NCBI GenBank assembly: GCA_030529605.1
Contig: JAUMWO010000001.1
Coordinates: 1-61,161 of the forward strand
DNA: 61,161 nt
Direction of reading: 5' to 3'
DNA from: Bacillota bacterium
Lineage (GTDB): Bacteria; Bacillota; Clostridia; Peptostreptococcales; Acidaminobacteraceae
This document shows positions 1 through 10,900 of the stretch, in pieces. The position numbers and the translations under genes are program-made. Numbering within the stretch: the first letter of the stretch is position 1; every line of letters starts with the position of its first letter. The notes beneath the pieces are model-generated. The model did no database searches and was not told where the DNA came from. It worked only from the letters and a program-made list of their open reading frames with translations.

Positions 1-669
1 TGAAGGAATCGGTGTCGCCCCGACTTTGGATCGCACTTCCCGCACCATGTTTTGGGCGATCGTCTCGACATTGAGATCTCCGTAGCGATTGCCGATGACG
101 CCGTCGTATGCCGTGTAAGTCTCTCCACCATCTTTAAGCATCGCGACACCGTAAAGTAGGCAATAATTGCTGCGATCGGACAGATCCAGCCCCAAGGTGT
201 TGCGCATCCGCATTTCACTGACGCTTTCGATATAGGTACAGCTCGATACATCGCTGAGCTCCGGCGCGATCTCCTTGACACGTTTTTCGAGGAGCAGCGG
301 CATCCGGATCTTGTCCTCCACCGGCACCTGTTCCAGCCCCGGGTCGAAGGAATTCACCTCGACATAATCGCGCTTCTCGCCGAAGATAAAGACCCTATCC
401 TGCGACTCGATCGCCTTTCCGTTGGCATACGCTTCCTCGATCAACATCTCGAGTGAGGATTCGTCGACGCGCTCCGTGTAGGAATACCCGAGCTTCCCAT
501 CGATGATCCCTCGATACGACAGCCCCCCGTCCTTGCTGATTCCAAACTTTTCAATTTCACCTTGGTAGGCGCTGACCGTCATCGACTCGCTCGAAGAATA
601 ATAGACTTCCTGCGCTTCAAAGCCTTTCGCCTTGCCCATTTCAAACAATGTATCGATCAAGCGATTCAT
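1..669 (-). CDS. pmbA: PmbA/TldE-family protein, N-terminal part only (gene runs off the left edge)
   Basis: Not in the ORF track because there is no stop in the window. My minus-strand translation from the ATG at 669-667 reads MNRLIDTLFEMGKAKGFEAQEVYYSSSESMTVSAYQGEIEKFGISKDGGLSYRGIIDGKLGYSYTE..., which is PmbA-like. Its start overlaps the tldD stop as ATGA (666-669). Confidence 0.7.
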   Translation of the reverse strand, partial: MNRLIDTLFEMGKAKGFEAQEVYYSSSESMTVSAYQGEIEKFGISKDGGLSYRGIIDGKLGYSYTERVDESSLEMLIEEAYANGKAIESQDRVFIFGEKRDYVEVNSFDPGLEQVPVEDKIRMPLLLEKRVKEIAPELSDVSSCTYIESVSEMRMRNTLGLDLSDRSNYCLLYGVAMLKDGGETYTAYDGVIGNRYGDLNVETIAQNMVREVRSKVGATPIPS

Positions 670-2051
670 GATTCTTGCCCTCCCACAGTGATTTCCGAGA
701 CACGCAGTGCCGGTTGTCCGAGTCCTGCCGGGATGCTTCCGCTGGACGCACCGCACATCCCTTCGCCGGATGCAAAATTGTCGGAGACCGCATCGATTTT
801 TTGCAGAACTTCGAGACCGGTACCGATCAAAGTCGCTCCTTTCACCGGATGCGTCACCGTTCCGTTTTCGATCATATAGCCTTCGAGGACCGCAAAGTTG
901 AACTCACCGGTCGCCGGATTGACCGATCCGCCCCCGAGTTTCGCTGCGTAAAGCCCTTTTTCGACTCCCGCAAACAGCTCGGCTTTCGGCATATTGCCAT
1001 TCAAAATATAAGTGTTGGTCATCCGCGAAGTCGGAGCGAATTTGTAGCTTTGACGACGCGTTGATCCGGTCGGCGCCATGTTCATCCGCATTCCGTTGAG
1101 GCGGTCGACCATGTAGCCTTTCAACACACCATTTTCGATCAGCAGATTGCGCGATGTCGGGTTGCCCTCGTCGTCGATGTTGAGCGATCCCCACCCATTC
1201 GGGATGGTACCGTCGTCCACGGCGTTGACGAGAGGAGACGCGATCTGTTGACCGAGTTTGCCGGTGTACACGGAGTGCCCCTTCGCCACGGCACTCGCTT
1301 CGAGACCGTGACCGCAAGCCTCATGGAAAATAACGCCACCGAATGCGTTGTCGAGCACAGCCGGGAATCGTCCGCTCGGAGCTGCTTTTGCATCGAGCAT
1401 CACGAGAGAGGTGCGAGCCGCTTCCGCCCCGATCGCCCGAACATCGATCTCATCGAACATCTCGAAGCCCATTCCGCGCCCGAAGGAATCCCGTCCTTCC
1501 TGCATCAGTCCGCCGCGCGTTGCGACAGTGGAAATGGAATACCGCGTACGCACACGCTCGTCGGTTTTGAACAAGCCTTCCGTGTTCGCGATCAGGATGT
1601 TTTGACGATAGTCCAAATAATTGACGACGACTTGAGAAATCTCGTTCGACGCTGCAAATGCGGCATCGGAGCCTTCGCGCATCAACTGCACCTTTCGCGC
1701 CGTCGCCACGGATTGCGGAACAATCTTGACCTCGTGATGATTGACAAAGGGAGTCTCGACCAAATCGAGCGCCGCCGATTTCGGCACTCCGGAAATCGTA
1801 GCGGCCGCCTTACGCGCCAGCGTTTTCAAGGTAGCGACATCAAACCCGCTCATATAGGTATACACCGCATTGAGCCCGTGAATGATGCGCAATCCGACGC
1901 CGTAATCCCGACCGGACAATGTGTTTTCGACGACGCCTTTGACCATGTTGATTCCGAGATTGAATCGGTCTTCGACATAGAGTTCGGCGAAGTCCCCACC
2001 GGTCGACATCGCGATGGCGAGCACCTCTGAGATGATCTGTTTTTCCAGCAT
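666..2051 (-). CDS. tldD: TldD-family zinc metalloprotease
   Basis: 461-aa ORF with an HEACGH zinc motif (VIFHEACGHGLEA) and TldD-like N- and C-termini. It is paired with the downstream pmbA. Confidence 0.9.
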   Translation of the reverse strand: MLEKQIISEVLAIAMSTGGDFAELYVEDRFNLGINMVKGVVENTLSGRDYGVGLRIIHGLNAVYTYMSGFDVATLKTLARKAAATISGVPKSAALDLVETPFVNHHEVKIVPQSVATARKVQLMREGSDAAFAASNEISQVVVNYLDYRQNILIANTEGLFKTDERVRTRYSISTVATRGGLMQEGRDSFGRGMGFEMFDEIDVRAIGAEAARTSLVMLDAKAAPSGRFPAVLDNAFGGVIFHEACGHGLEASAVAKGHSVYTGKLGQQIASPLVNAVDDGTIPNGWGSLNIDDEGNPTSRNLLIENGVLKGYMVDRLNGMRMNMAPTGSTRRQSYKFAPTSRMTNTYILNGNMPKAELFAGVEKGLYAAKLGGGSVNPATGEFNFAVLEGYMIENGTVTHPVKGATLIGTGLEVLQKIDAVSDNFASGEGMCGASSGSIPAGLGQPALRVSEITVGGQES

Positions 2052-2137
2052 GTTCCATCCTTCCTTCTATTTCAAGTGTTTGATTTCTCTGCAAAGCAAA
2101 TCCGATGATGCGAACGCTGACGCAGCGACGCAACCGA

Positions 2138-3055
2138 CTACAGCTCCAGCTGCATGACGAGATAACCCTCGAGATTGTCGTAGTCGCTCGCCCGGATCCA
2201 ATCGATGCCGAAGGTCTCCATCGTGTGTTCCAAGATGAGACCGCCCGCGAGGATGATGTCCGCCCTCCGCGCGTCCAGACCGACCATCGATTTTCTTTCT
2301 TCGACGGATCTCCGAATGAGTTCCGCATTGATTTCACGGATCTGCGCCAGGGTCGCACGCTTCTCGTTGATGCGCGCGCCGTCATAAGGTCCGCCCATCT
2401 GATTCGCCATCGCCACAAAGGTCGTGATCGTGCCGCCGATTCCGATCGCGTATTCATAATGATACGGCCGAAACAGCGGCTTGATGGTCGCGATATGCTC
2501 CACGATTTCGCGTCGCAGGGCTTCTACCTCCTCCGGAGCGACCGGATCCGTCGTAATGCAGGCACCGGTCAGGCGCACCGCACCGATGTTGAGACTGAAA
2601 GCGTCCTTCATGCCGTCCCGACTGCCCGCAGCAACCTCCATCGAGCCGCCCCCGATGTCGATCACGAGGGCGTTCCCATCCGAATCCATCGTCTGTCGCA
2701 CTCCGTGGAAACCCATTTCCGCTTCCGCATTGCCCGAGACGATGCTCAGTTCGATGCCGGTCTTGTTGTAAATCATCTGACGAAAGTCGATCCCATTGTA
2801 AGCGTCGCGCACCGCGGAAGTTGCAAAAATAAAGACCTGCTCTGCTCCGGCTTCCAGCGCTTCCCGATGGAATTGATCGATCGCGTTGAGCGAGTCGATC
2901 ATTCGCTTGGGATCGAGCATCTTGGTCTCATTGACGCCTTTTCCGAGGCGCGCCATTTCCAGTTTTTTCTGTCGGTTCTCCAACCGTCCCCCTACCACAT
3001 CCGCGATGAGGAGGCGGATCGAGTTGGTGCCGACATCAATGCAAGCGTATTTCAT
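2138..3055 (-). CDS. ppx: Ppx/GppA-family exopolyphosphatase / guanosine pentaphosphate phosphohydrolase
   Basis: 305 aa. It has an ASKHA-fold N-terminus (MKYACIDVGTNSIRLLIA) plus DIGGGS and GIGGT motifs. Confidence 0.85.
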   Translation of the reverse strand: MKYACIDVGTNSIRLLIADVVGGRLENRQKKLEMARLGKGVNETKMLDPKRMIDSLNAIDQFHREALEAGAEQVFIFATSAVRDAYNGIDFRQMIYNKTGIELSIVSGNAEAEMGFHGVRQTMDSDGNALVIDIGGGSMEVAAGSRDGMKDAFSLNIGAVRLTGACITTDPVAPEEVEALRREIVEHIATIKPLFRPYHYEYAIGIGGTITTFVAMANQMGGPYDGARINEKRATLAQIREINAELIRRSVEERKSMVGLDARRADIILAGGLILEHTMETFGIDWIRASDYDNLEGYLVMQLEL

Positions 3056-3357
3056 GGGGCTCCCTTTTCGATGTAGTAAAGAATCTCGTCGGGTTTGACC
3101 ATCTTCAGCTTCTCGCGAGCCAGTTTTTCGATGTATTCCGGAGTTTGGGACAGCTTAAGCCGATCCTCCTGCATTTCGTTTTGCAAACGCAATTCTTCGC
3201 GCTCATTTTGCAGGGCTTCGTTGCGGATGCGTTCTTCTTGCAGTTTGATCTGCGAGACATAGATCTGATAGAGCAATATCCCGATCACTACGACAAAAAG
3301 CGAAATATAGAGGAAATTGGTTCGAAATACATTCTTTCTGGTGCGTCGTTTTGCCAT
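3052..3357 (-). CDS. divIC: Septum formation initiator (DivIC/FtsB family)
   Basis: Basic N-terminus, one TM helix (FLYISLFVVVIGILLYQIYV), a coiled coil, and a C-terminal YIEKLAREKLKMVKPDE motif. I prefer the ATG at 3357 (MAKRRTRK). The ORF-track start at 3405 would overlap the upstream S4 gene by 44 nt. Confidence 0.75.
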   Translation of the reverse strand: MAKRRTRKNVFRTNFLYISLFVVVIGILLYQIYVSQIKLQEERIRNEALQNEREELRLQNEMQEDRLKLSQTPEYIEKLAREKLKMVKPDEILYYIEKGAP

Positions 3358-3361
3358 AACG

Positions 3362-3598
3362 TTAAACAACCTCGTAGAGCTCTTTTGCACCGTCTTTACT
3401 GACATGTTCCGAGATCGAGAGCACGCGCACGCGCACCGAGCCGCTTCCCATCCGAACGTCGATCAAATCTCCGACGCGCACTTCGTCGCCGGCCTTGGCG
3501 ACTTTGTCGTTGATGGAAACGCGACCGCCGTCGCAAGCTTCTTTTGCGACGGTGCGCCGTTTGATGATACGAGCTACCTTAAGATACTTATCGATTCT
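3362..3598 (-). CDS. S4-domain RNA-binding protein (YabO/Hsp15-like)
   Basis: MRIDKYLKVARIIKRRTVAKEACDGGRVSINDKVAKAGDEV is a classic S4 domain. Trimmed to the internal ATG, since the track start at 3664 adds 22 non-conserved residues. Sits in the yabO synteny position. Confidence 0.8.
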   Translation of the reverse strand, partial: RIDKYLKVARIIKRRTVAKEACDGGRVSINDKVAKAGDEVRVGDLIDVRMGSGSVRVRVLSISEHVSKDGAKELYEVV

Positions 3599-3710
3599 CA
3601 TATCGTTATTATACTGTTCGGCTCGGGTGATTTCATTAACGAATTGTGAATATGAAAAAAACAATAGAGAAAAAGAGCCTCACTCGGAGAGTGAAGGCCC
3701 TTTACATTCA

Positions 3711-4019
3711 TTACTTACCTTTTTTTGCAGCTTTTTTCTTAGGAGCGTTGATTACTTCTTTCAGCGCCTTACCGGATTTGAAAACCGGAGCTTTCGAAGC
3801 CGGGATATTGATGGTTTGCTTCGGGTCTTTTGGGTTACGGCCTTGGCGAGCTTTTCTCTCGCGAACTTCGAATGTACCGAATCCAACGAGTTGAACCTTA
3901 CCGCCTTTTACCAGCTCCTCCTCTACGCTCTTCATGAAAGCGTTGAGAGCACCTTCCGAGTCCTTCTTAGTAAGTCCCGATTTTTCTGCAATGCTTGCTA
4001 CCAATTCAGCTTTGTTCAC
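3711..4019 (-). CDS. hup: HU-family DNA-binding protein with a Lys-rich C-terminal tail
   Basis: MNKAELVASIAEKSGLTKKD...GFGTFEVRERKARQGRNPKDPKQ is the canonical HU fold. It carries an extra tail, APKKKAAKKGK. Confidence 0.9.
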   Translation of the reverse strand: MNKAELVASIAEKSGLTKKDSEGALNAFMKSVEEELVKGGKVQLVGFGTFEVRERKARQGRNPKDPKQTINIPASKAPVFKSGKALKEVINAPKKKAAKKGK

Positions 4020-4102
4020 AATAACCTCCTATACAGATAGTAGTGAGCTAGCTATAGTATAAATTTCAAAATCGTATATTGCAAGCTGTTTACGCAAATT
4101 CG

Positions 4103-5173
4103 TTACACATTTTTGCGTAATTTCTCATTTTTCTCCGCGGCCTTAGCACGGTTATACGCTTCTAACGCTTCTTCAAGGGTTGAAACGTGTTCGCCTGCAA
4201 AGACATGCGGGTGACGACGAATGATTTTTTCACAGATTCCACGGAGGACATCCCGGAGACCGAAATATCCCTCTTCCTCTCCGAGGATCACCTGAAACAG
4301 CGTCAGCATCAATACATCGCCGAGTTCTTCTTCGACGCCCTCGACATCGCCCTGTTCGACCGCCTGCAAAACTTCCTGCGCTTCGCCGACCAGGTCCTGA
4401 GCGAGTTGGAGAGAAGTCACGGTCTGATCCCACGGACAGCCGTTTTCCCCACGGAGGGTGCGAATCAAATCCATCAATTCGCGAATCGTTTCGTTTTTAA
4501 GTGTAGACCTAGGAACATAGATCGATGTCCGCGGTCCGTAGACCATTTCGGCACGATCGAGTTCCGACAGAGTACAGCGCACCAGATGTTCCTGTCCGGA
4601 GATCCCCGCCGAATCGACAAGAATCACGCCGTGGTCATCCCCATAAACCTCCGACAGCCGAAGTTTGAGCTGCGAGGCGGTCATGCGATCATACACTTGT
4701 ATGAAAATTGAGTCGAGTGTCGGCACAGGCTCCGCCGTGGGATCCAAGGCGTCGATCACGGCGAGTCCATGCACCGGATCGATGCCGAGGCAAGTGATCA
4801 TCGCGTCGATGAAACTGACGCCATGCACAATCTCCAAAGCCTCTCGTCCCAAACGTTCGATCAGGATCTCGACGGTTTTTTCCGCGACGAAGGGATTGCC
4901 CGGAACCGCATAGACCACGTTCTCGGATCGTTCCCCCTCCGCAATCACCGCATTTGCGATCGCTTGATAGACTTCATCGAAGGTTGCACTCTCTTCATAA
5001 ACGGCATCGAAGGAGCGATATCGCATCCCTCGCGCCGCCAAATCCGCCACACATGGATGCTGTTCGGTGCGAAGCAGGATCTCACGACCGCTACAGAGCG
5101 CATCCAACGCGCGTACGGACAAATAATCCATGTCCCCGGGACCCAGTCCGACTACCGTCCATTTCCGACTCAT
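4103..5173 (-). CDS. mazG: YabN-type fusion: tetrapyrrole-methylase-like domain + MazG nucleoside triphosphate pyrophosphohydrolase
   Basis: The N-terminus VVGLGPGDMDYLSVRAL is methylase-like. The C-terminal half has MazG motifs (LVGEAQEVLQA...EEELGDVLMLTLF...HPHVF). ATGA overlap with the upstream gene (5170-5173). Confidence 0.85.
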   Translation of the reverse strand: MSRKWTVVGLGPGDMDYLSVRALDALCSGREILLRTEQHPCVADLAARGMRYRSFDAVYEESATFDEVYQAIANAVIAEGERSENVVYAVPGNPFVAEKTVEILIERLGREALEIVHGVSFIDAMITCLGIDPVHGLAVIDALDPTAEPVPTLDSIFIQVYDRMTASQLKLRLSEVYGDDHGVILVDSAGISGQEHLVRCTLSELDRAEMVYGPRTSIYVPRSTLKNETIRELMDLIRTLRGENGCPWDQTVTSLQLAQDLVGEAQEVLQAVEQGDVEGVEEELGDVLMLTLFQVILGEEEGYFGLRDVLRGICEKIIRRHPHVFAGEHVSTLEEALEAYNRAKAAEKNEKLRKNV

Positions 5174-6879
5174 TTCGTCCCCCTACGGAAGAGTTTCCGC
5201 TCCAATTTCTGCAGCTTCCGACCGCCCGGAATCATCGCGTAATCCTCATCGCTGAGCGTCTTTGTAAAGAAGAGCATAAAAAGATACACAACGACCCCTG
5301 CCGTGACCGACAAAATCGTCGCGATGCGTCCCAGGAACAACCCGAACACCAGCTGACTGATCCAGACGACGACGGACATCGCGATCACCGAGATCAAAGG
5401 CTTGACGAGTAACGCCTTGATATCCAGGCGGAACCCGAGATTGCGGTGCATCATCGCATAATTGAGCAAGAAGGCGACGATATAGGCGATCGTCGTAGAA
5501 ATCGCGGCTCCGTAGATATTGAGCGAAGGAATCTGAATCAAAAAGTGGTTGAGCATCACCTTGCAAACGACGGAAATCAGCATGTTGACGGCAGGAATCA
5601 TCGGACGATTCATCCCCTGTAAGATTCCCGTGGTCGCTTGGAACAATCCGAGGAAGATAACGCTCGGTCCCAGCCAAACCAGAAGCGCGCCGATGGTCGG
5701 AGCGACATCCGCTCGCGCCGGATACATCAGGTGGATGATCGGCGTCGCGAGCAGCATGATTCCCGCCGCCGCTGGCAATGCCAAGATGAATGTAATCCGG
5801 AGGGCATTGTTGATGAGCGAAGCCAATTCCGCCTTGGCCTTGATCGCCACATAGGCGGCGACTGCCGGAACGACGGATATCTGAATCGCCATGGTCAAGG
5901 CCTGCGGGAGATTGATGATCGTCAAAGCATAGGACGAGTACATCGCAAAGAGCTCATTGGCGTTTTGTTCGCTGAAACCGATCCTGGTCAGCAAGTTCAT
6001 GATCTGCGCGACATCGACGATGTTGATCAACGGAAGAATCGCGGCGCCCAATGTGATCGGCACCGCGATGACCAAGATTTTTCGCACGATCTCCGAGCGC
6101 GTCAACGCACGGCCCGATGCCACATTGCGTTTCATCGTCGAGAGCGACGATGCGATGTTGTCCCCGCCGAGATTTCGTGCCTTGAGAAAGACTTTGCCGC
6201 CTGCCGCATGCGCTACGACTCCGGCTCCCCGGCGCACAAAGCGCGAATAGAACAAGAGGATCAAAGCGAGACCGACCGCCGCTCCGGCAGTCGCACCGAA
6301 TGTCGCTCCGGCGGCCGCCGCCTCCGAGCTGATCTTGAGAAACAAGATGGCGAGCGCATAGCCGACGACGACGCGGCCGATCTGCTCGACCACCTGCGAT
6401 AACGCAAAGGGAGTCATGGCCTGATAGCCTTGGAAATACCCGCGGAACACCGCCATAATCGAGACGATGAGGATGCCCGGCGCCAAAGCCAGAAGCGACA
6501 ATTTCGCGCCCGGGTTGTTGATCCAAGTGACGATCCAGTCCGCGCCGAACCATACGACCAAAAAGCCAAACAAACCAATAGCCGACATCAGTACGAGGCC
6601 GGCTTTGAATGCGCTGTTGATATTTCGTTGTTCCCCGAGGGCGCGATACTCCGCGATCAACTTGGCAATCGCCGTCGGAAGCCCCGCCGTCGAGAGGACG
6701 ACGAAGAGCGTGTAGACGGGATACGCGGCTGAGTAGTAGCCCATCGCGTCGAGCCCGAGGATGTTCCCGAGCGGGATGCGGAAGAATCCGCCGATCAGTC
6801 GTACGATCACTCCCGCCAGTCCGAGAACGAAAGCTCCTTTGACAAAGGAGTCTCTGGAGATGTTATCTTCTTTGATCAT
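5170..6879 (-). CDS. MOP-superfamily polysaccharide/lipid II flippase-like protein (YabM/SpoVB/MurJ-like)
   Basis: 569 aa and multi-pass (about 14 TM helices). MurJ/SpoVB-like N-terminus (FVKGAFVLGLAGVIVRLIGGFFRIPLGNILG). Sits in the yabM synteny position. Confidence 0.8.
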   Translation of the reverse strand: MIKEDNISRDSFVKGAFVLGLAGVIVRLIGGFFRIPLGNILGLDAMGYYSAAYPVYTLFVVLSTAGLPTAIAKLIAEYRALGEQRNINSAFKAGLVLMSAIGLFGFLVVWFGADWIVTWINNPGAKLSLLALAPGILIVSIMAVFRGYFQGYQAMTPFALSQVVEQIGRVVVGYALAILFLKISSEAAAAGATFGATAGAAVGLALILLFYSRFVRRGAGVVAHAAGGKVFLKARNLGGDNIASSLSTMKRNVASGRALTRSEIVRKILVIAVPITLGAAILPLINIVDVAQIMNLLTRIGFSEQNANELFAMYSSYALTIINLPQALTMAIQISVVPAVAAYVAIKAKAELASLINNALRITFILALPAAAGIMLLATPIIHLMYPARADVAPTIGALLVWLGPSVIFLGLFQATTGILQGMNRPMIPAVNMLISVVCKVMLNHFLIQIPSLNIYGAAISTTIAYIVAFLLNYAMMHRNLGFRLDIKALLVKPLISVIAMSVVVWISQLVFGLFLGRIATILSVTAGVVVYLFMLFFTKTLSDEDYAMIPGGRKLQKLERKLFRRGTK

Positions 6880-6884
6880 CCGAT

Positions 6885-7901
6885 CTATTCCGCTCGTTCC
6901 GTGTGGATTTCGACCTTCGATTTGTTGAGAATCTCTTCGACACGCTTGAAGTATGCGCTGTTGACCAGTTCTCCCTTAATCGAAGTCTCCTGCTTTTCGA
7001 TTTCAAGCTCTGCCACGCCGGCATCTTTCATTTGCTGCACCGTGCGTGTATCTTCGACTTGGATGATGTGGAAGCCGAAGTCCGACTGCACGGGATCCGA
7101 GATATCCCCGATCTTCAGAGAGAAGGCCATCGCCTCAAAGGTCGGCACCATCACGCCGCGGCTGAAATATCCCAGATCCCCGCCGTTTTGAGCGCTGCCC
7201 GGATCTTGCGAATACTCGGTCGCCGCGTCGGAAAAGCTCTTTCCTTCTTTGATCTCTTCGATGATCTTCTTCGCTTCTTCCTCAGTCTTTACCAGGATGT
7301 GACGCGCTTTGACCTGGACGATGCGATTGGTGTAAAGATCATTGAGCGCCTTTTGATCGGCTTCGACCTCTTGGCGCAACATCTCTTCGAATTTGGCGAT
7401 GTACAGGCTGCGCTCGATCTCCTTGCGCACGAAGTCTTCGTCGATGCCGAATTCGGTCTTCGCCTTTTCAAACCCGCCGGTCGATTGCGATTGCTTCAGG
7501 AAATCCTGGAATTCCTTTTCGACCTCTTCTTTGGAGATGATCGTTCCCGTGGACCTGATGTAATTGACGATCGCGAGGTCATTGGCAAAATCATCCGCCA
7601 TATTCTTCTTGAGGATCTCACTGAATTTGATGCCGTTGATTTCACGCTCGGCAATCTCTTCCCCGTACATTTGATTGTATGCTTTCAGCTGCATCTTGTA
7701 ATATGCAACGAAGGTATCGTTATCGATGTAAGACTGATCGACGATGACGACCGCCTTTTCCAACGCCTCTTTGGACAGTTCCGACGAGGACGCTGTCGTT
7801 TCCGTCGCTTCCGTTGTCGCCGCACCTTGTCCGCCGCATCCGGTGAGCACCAGAGCCAGCACCATCGCCAGGGCGATCAGAAGTCTTTTTGCTTTTGTCA
7901 T
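6885..7901 (-). CDS. prsA: PrsA-like lipoprotein peptidyl-prolyl isomerase (parvulin type)
   Basis: Lipobox LVLTGC. Parvulin domain ARHILVKTEEEAKKI...GGDLGYFSRGVMVPTFE...SDFGFHIIQVED. Confidence 0.85.
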   Translation of the reverse strand: MTKAKRLLIALAMVLALVLTGCGGQGAATTEATETTASSSELSKEALEKAVVIVDQSYIDNDTFVAYYKMQLKAYNQMYGEEIAEREINGIKFSEILKKNMADDFANDLAIVNYIRSTGTIISKEEVEKEFQDFLKQSQSTGGFEKAKTEFGIDEDFVRKEIERSLYIAKFEEMLRQEVEADQKALNDLYTNRIVQVKARHILVKTEEEAKKIIEEIKEGKSFSDAATEYSQDPGSAQNGGDLGYFSRGVMVPTFEAMAFSLKIGDISDPVQSDFGFHIIQVEDTRTVQQMKDAGVAELEIEKQETSIKGELVNSAYFKRVEEILNKSKVEIHTERAE

Positions 7902-7918
7902 GTTTTCTCCTTAAAACG

Positions 7919-10900
7919 CTACGCGTTCAAAAATTCGCTATGAAAACTATATATGGTTTCAACGATCTTTTCAAGCGCAGCCAAATCTTGTTCTCGGTTT
8001 CGTAATTGTTTTGTAACTCGTATTTTGAATCCGTTCATGGTTCCGGCATGGAAACTGATCCGCGACGAATCGTGTTCGAGGACCTTGGCGATGAACAGCG
8101 GACTGTAGACATAACCCTCCGCGAAGCGAAGCTCGTACAAGCCTTCTCGGTAGCCGATCCAGTCGATGGACATCTCCTCGCAATGCGACTTGATCAACGA
8201 GACCTTGAGCAGATTGTCGACCGAATCCGGCACTCCGCCGAAGCGATCCTCGATCTCTCCGTAGACCGCCATCGCTTCCTCCTTGGTGCGCACCGAAGAG
8301 ATCATTTTGTAGACTTCGAGCTTCACCTGCGGATTGACGATGTAATACTCCGGAATGTACGCGTTGACCGAGAAGTCGATCTTCGCCTGAACGCGTTCGA
8401 CGATCTTCTCTCCGCGCCGCTCGCGGATGCTTTCGTCGAGCATCTTGCAATACAGTTCGTACCCGATCGCATCCAGATAGCCCGACTGCTCCGTGCCGAG
8501 GATGTTGCCCGCCCCACGAATCTCCAGATCGCGCATCGCGATTTTGAATCCGGCACCGAGCTCGGTAAACTCGCGAATCGCGCGCAGTCGTTTTTCGGCG
8601 ATTTCAGTCAGAACCTTATTCTCCGAGAAAAAGACATAGCAGTAGGCGATGCGGTTGCTGCGACCGACCCTGCCGCGAAGCTGATACAACTGCGACAGAC
8701 CATATTTGTCGCCGTCGATGATGATCATCGTGTTGACATTGGAAATATCCAGCCCCGTCTCGATGATGGTCGTCGACACCAACACTTGAAACTCATTGTT
8801 CATGAAGTCGACCATGACGCGTTCGAGTTGGTGCTCCTTCATCTGACCGTGAGCGAAACGGATGCTCGCTTCAGGAACCAATTGCATCAGCTCCGCCGTA
8901 ATGCGCTCGATGCTGTCGATGCGGTTGTAAACGAAATACACCTGCCCGCCCCGTTCCAATTCGCGGAGGATGGCTTCGCGCACGATGGTCTTGTCGTATT
9001 CGAGCACATAGGTCTGCACCGGATACCGATCCTCCGGCGGATCCTCGAGCACGGACATATCCCGAATACCGATCATCGACATGTGGAGCGTGCGCGGGAT
9101 CGGCGTAGCGGTGAGCGTGAGGACATCGATGCTCTCTTTGATTTGCTTGATTTTTTCCTTGTGTTTGACCCCAAAACGCTGCTCTTCGTCGATAATCAGA
9201 AGTCCTAGATTCTTGAACTGCACATCATCGCTCAACAGGCGATGTGTCCCGATCAGAATGTCGATGGAACCGTCCTTGAGCCCGACGATCGCTTTCTTGA
9301 TCTCCGCCGGTGTACGGAAACGTGATACCATCTCGACGCGCGCCGGATATTTGGAGAAGCGCTGGACGATGTTGTTGTAATGCTGTTGGGCGAGGATGGT
9401 CGTCGGCACGAGGATGGCCACCTGCTTGGAGTCCATCACCGCCTTGAAAGCCGCCCGCAAAGCGACTTCCGTTTTTCCGTAACCGACATCTCCGCAGAGC
9501 AGACGCTCCATCGGCACCGGCTTTTCCATATCCTGTTTGATTTCTTCGGTCGATTTGAGTTGATCCGCCGTCTCTTCATACGGAAATTGATCCTCGAAAT
9601 CCTTTTGCCATTCCGTATCCGGCTGAAAGGCGTAGCCGATCCGGCTTCTGCGCTTGGCATAAAGGTCAAGCAACTCGTCCGTAATGTCTTCGATCGACTT
9701 GCGCGCATTTCTCTTGGCGCGCTTCCATTCCGCCCCACCGAGGCGTGAAATCTTGACCTTGTCCGTATCGGAACCGAGATACTTTTGGATGCTGGCAGTC
9801 GATTCGACCGGAATATACAGCGAGTCATCTCCCGCGTAGCGGATTTTTAAATAGTCGCGGCGCATCTTATCGACGACCACCTGCTCGATGCCGACGAAAA
9901 CCCCGATCCCATGCTCTTCGTGAACGACGTAATCTCCGGGCTGCAGCTCTTCAAATGCCTTAATTTTCTTGCCGCCGGCGATCTTTCGTTTCGGTGCCTT
10001 CTTGCTCTCTCCGTAAATGTGATTTTCGGTCAGGAGAATGGCTTTGAAGGTATCAAAATAAAAGCCTTCCGCGACCGGAGCAACCGTCGCCAAAATTTGT
10101 CCCGAGCGAATCGAGGCGATCGTGTCCTCCAAGTCGCCGTCCGCCGCAGCAACCTCACCCTTCGTACCGACATCCGTCACGCCGTCATAAGGAAGTTGCT
10201 CGAAGAAACGCGTTTTTTTCTCCTCCGAGAAAAAGGTCAGATAGATCTTGTAACCGGAGAGTTGCCAGCGCCTCAGATCCGCTGCCAGCGCATCAAATTT
10301 ATTGAAATAGCTCTGCACCTCTTTGCTTGCCAGTTTGACGAGCTGCATCGGAGCGATGGTGTCAAGCGTCTTGAGCAGGAGCTCCGTCGAAATCAGCTTG
10401 GTCTTCGCGAGACGATCGAGCACTTCGATGCTGCGAAACATTGCATTGTGTTCGTCCGGGCTGACTTCTCCCTGTTCCAGTCGATCGGCAAACCGGCGAT
10501 CGTATTCCGCTTCGATGCCGCGCAAACGAGCGACACAGAGATTGTGATTCATCAAAAAGACGATGGGACTTTCGAGATAGGATTCGAGGGCAAAGCTTCT
10601 CTCCGCCGACGAGCTTGCATCGGACGAATCGCACATGCGCGATTCGACCACGCGATGTTCCTGAGCCGGAAAAACGACGAATGAGTCGAGGCGTTCGGTA
10701 GAAAGCTGTGTTTCGAGGGAGAAGAGACGCATCGAATCGATTTGATCGCCGAAAAACTCGAGACGAATCGGCGCATCCGCCAAAGGAGAATAGAGATCGA
10801 CGATGCCGCCCCGCACGGAAAATTGCCCTTTGCGGCCGATGTGATCGACCCGTTCATAACCATGTTCGACCAACCAAGCGATCAGATTGTCGGGATCGAT

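Noticed and set aside
6903-9208. Plus-strand ORFs 6903-7943 (346 aa) and 8006-9208 (400 aa).
   Set aside because: They lie antisense to prsA and mfd and have shadow-ORF composition.
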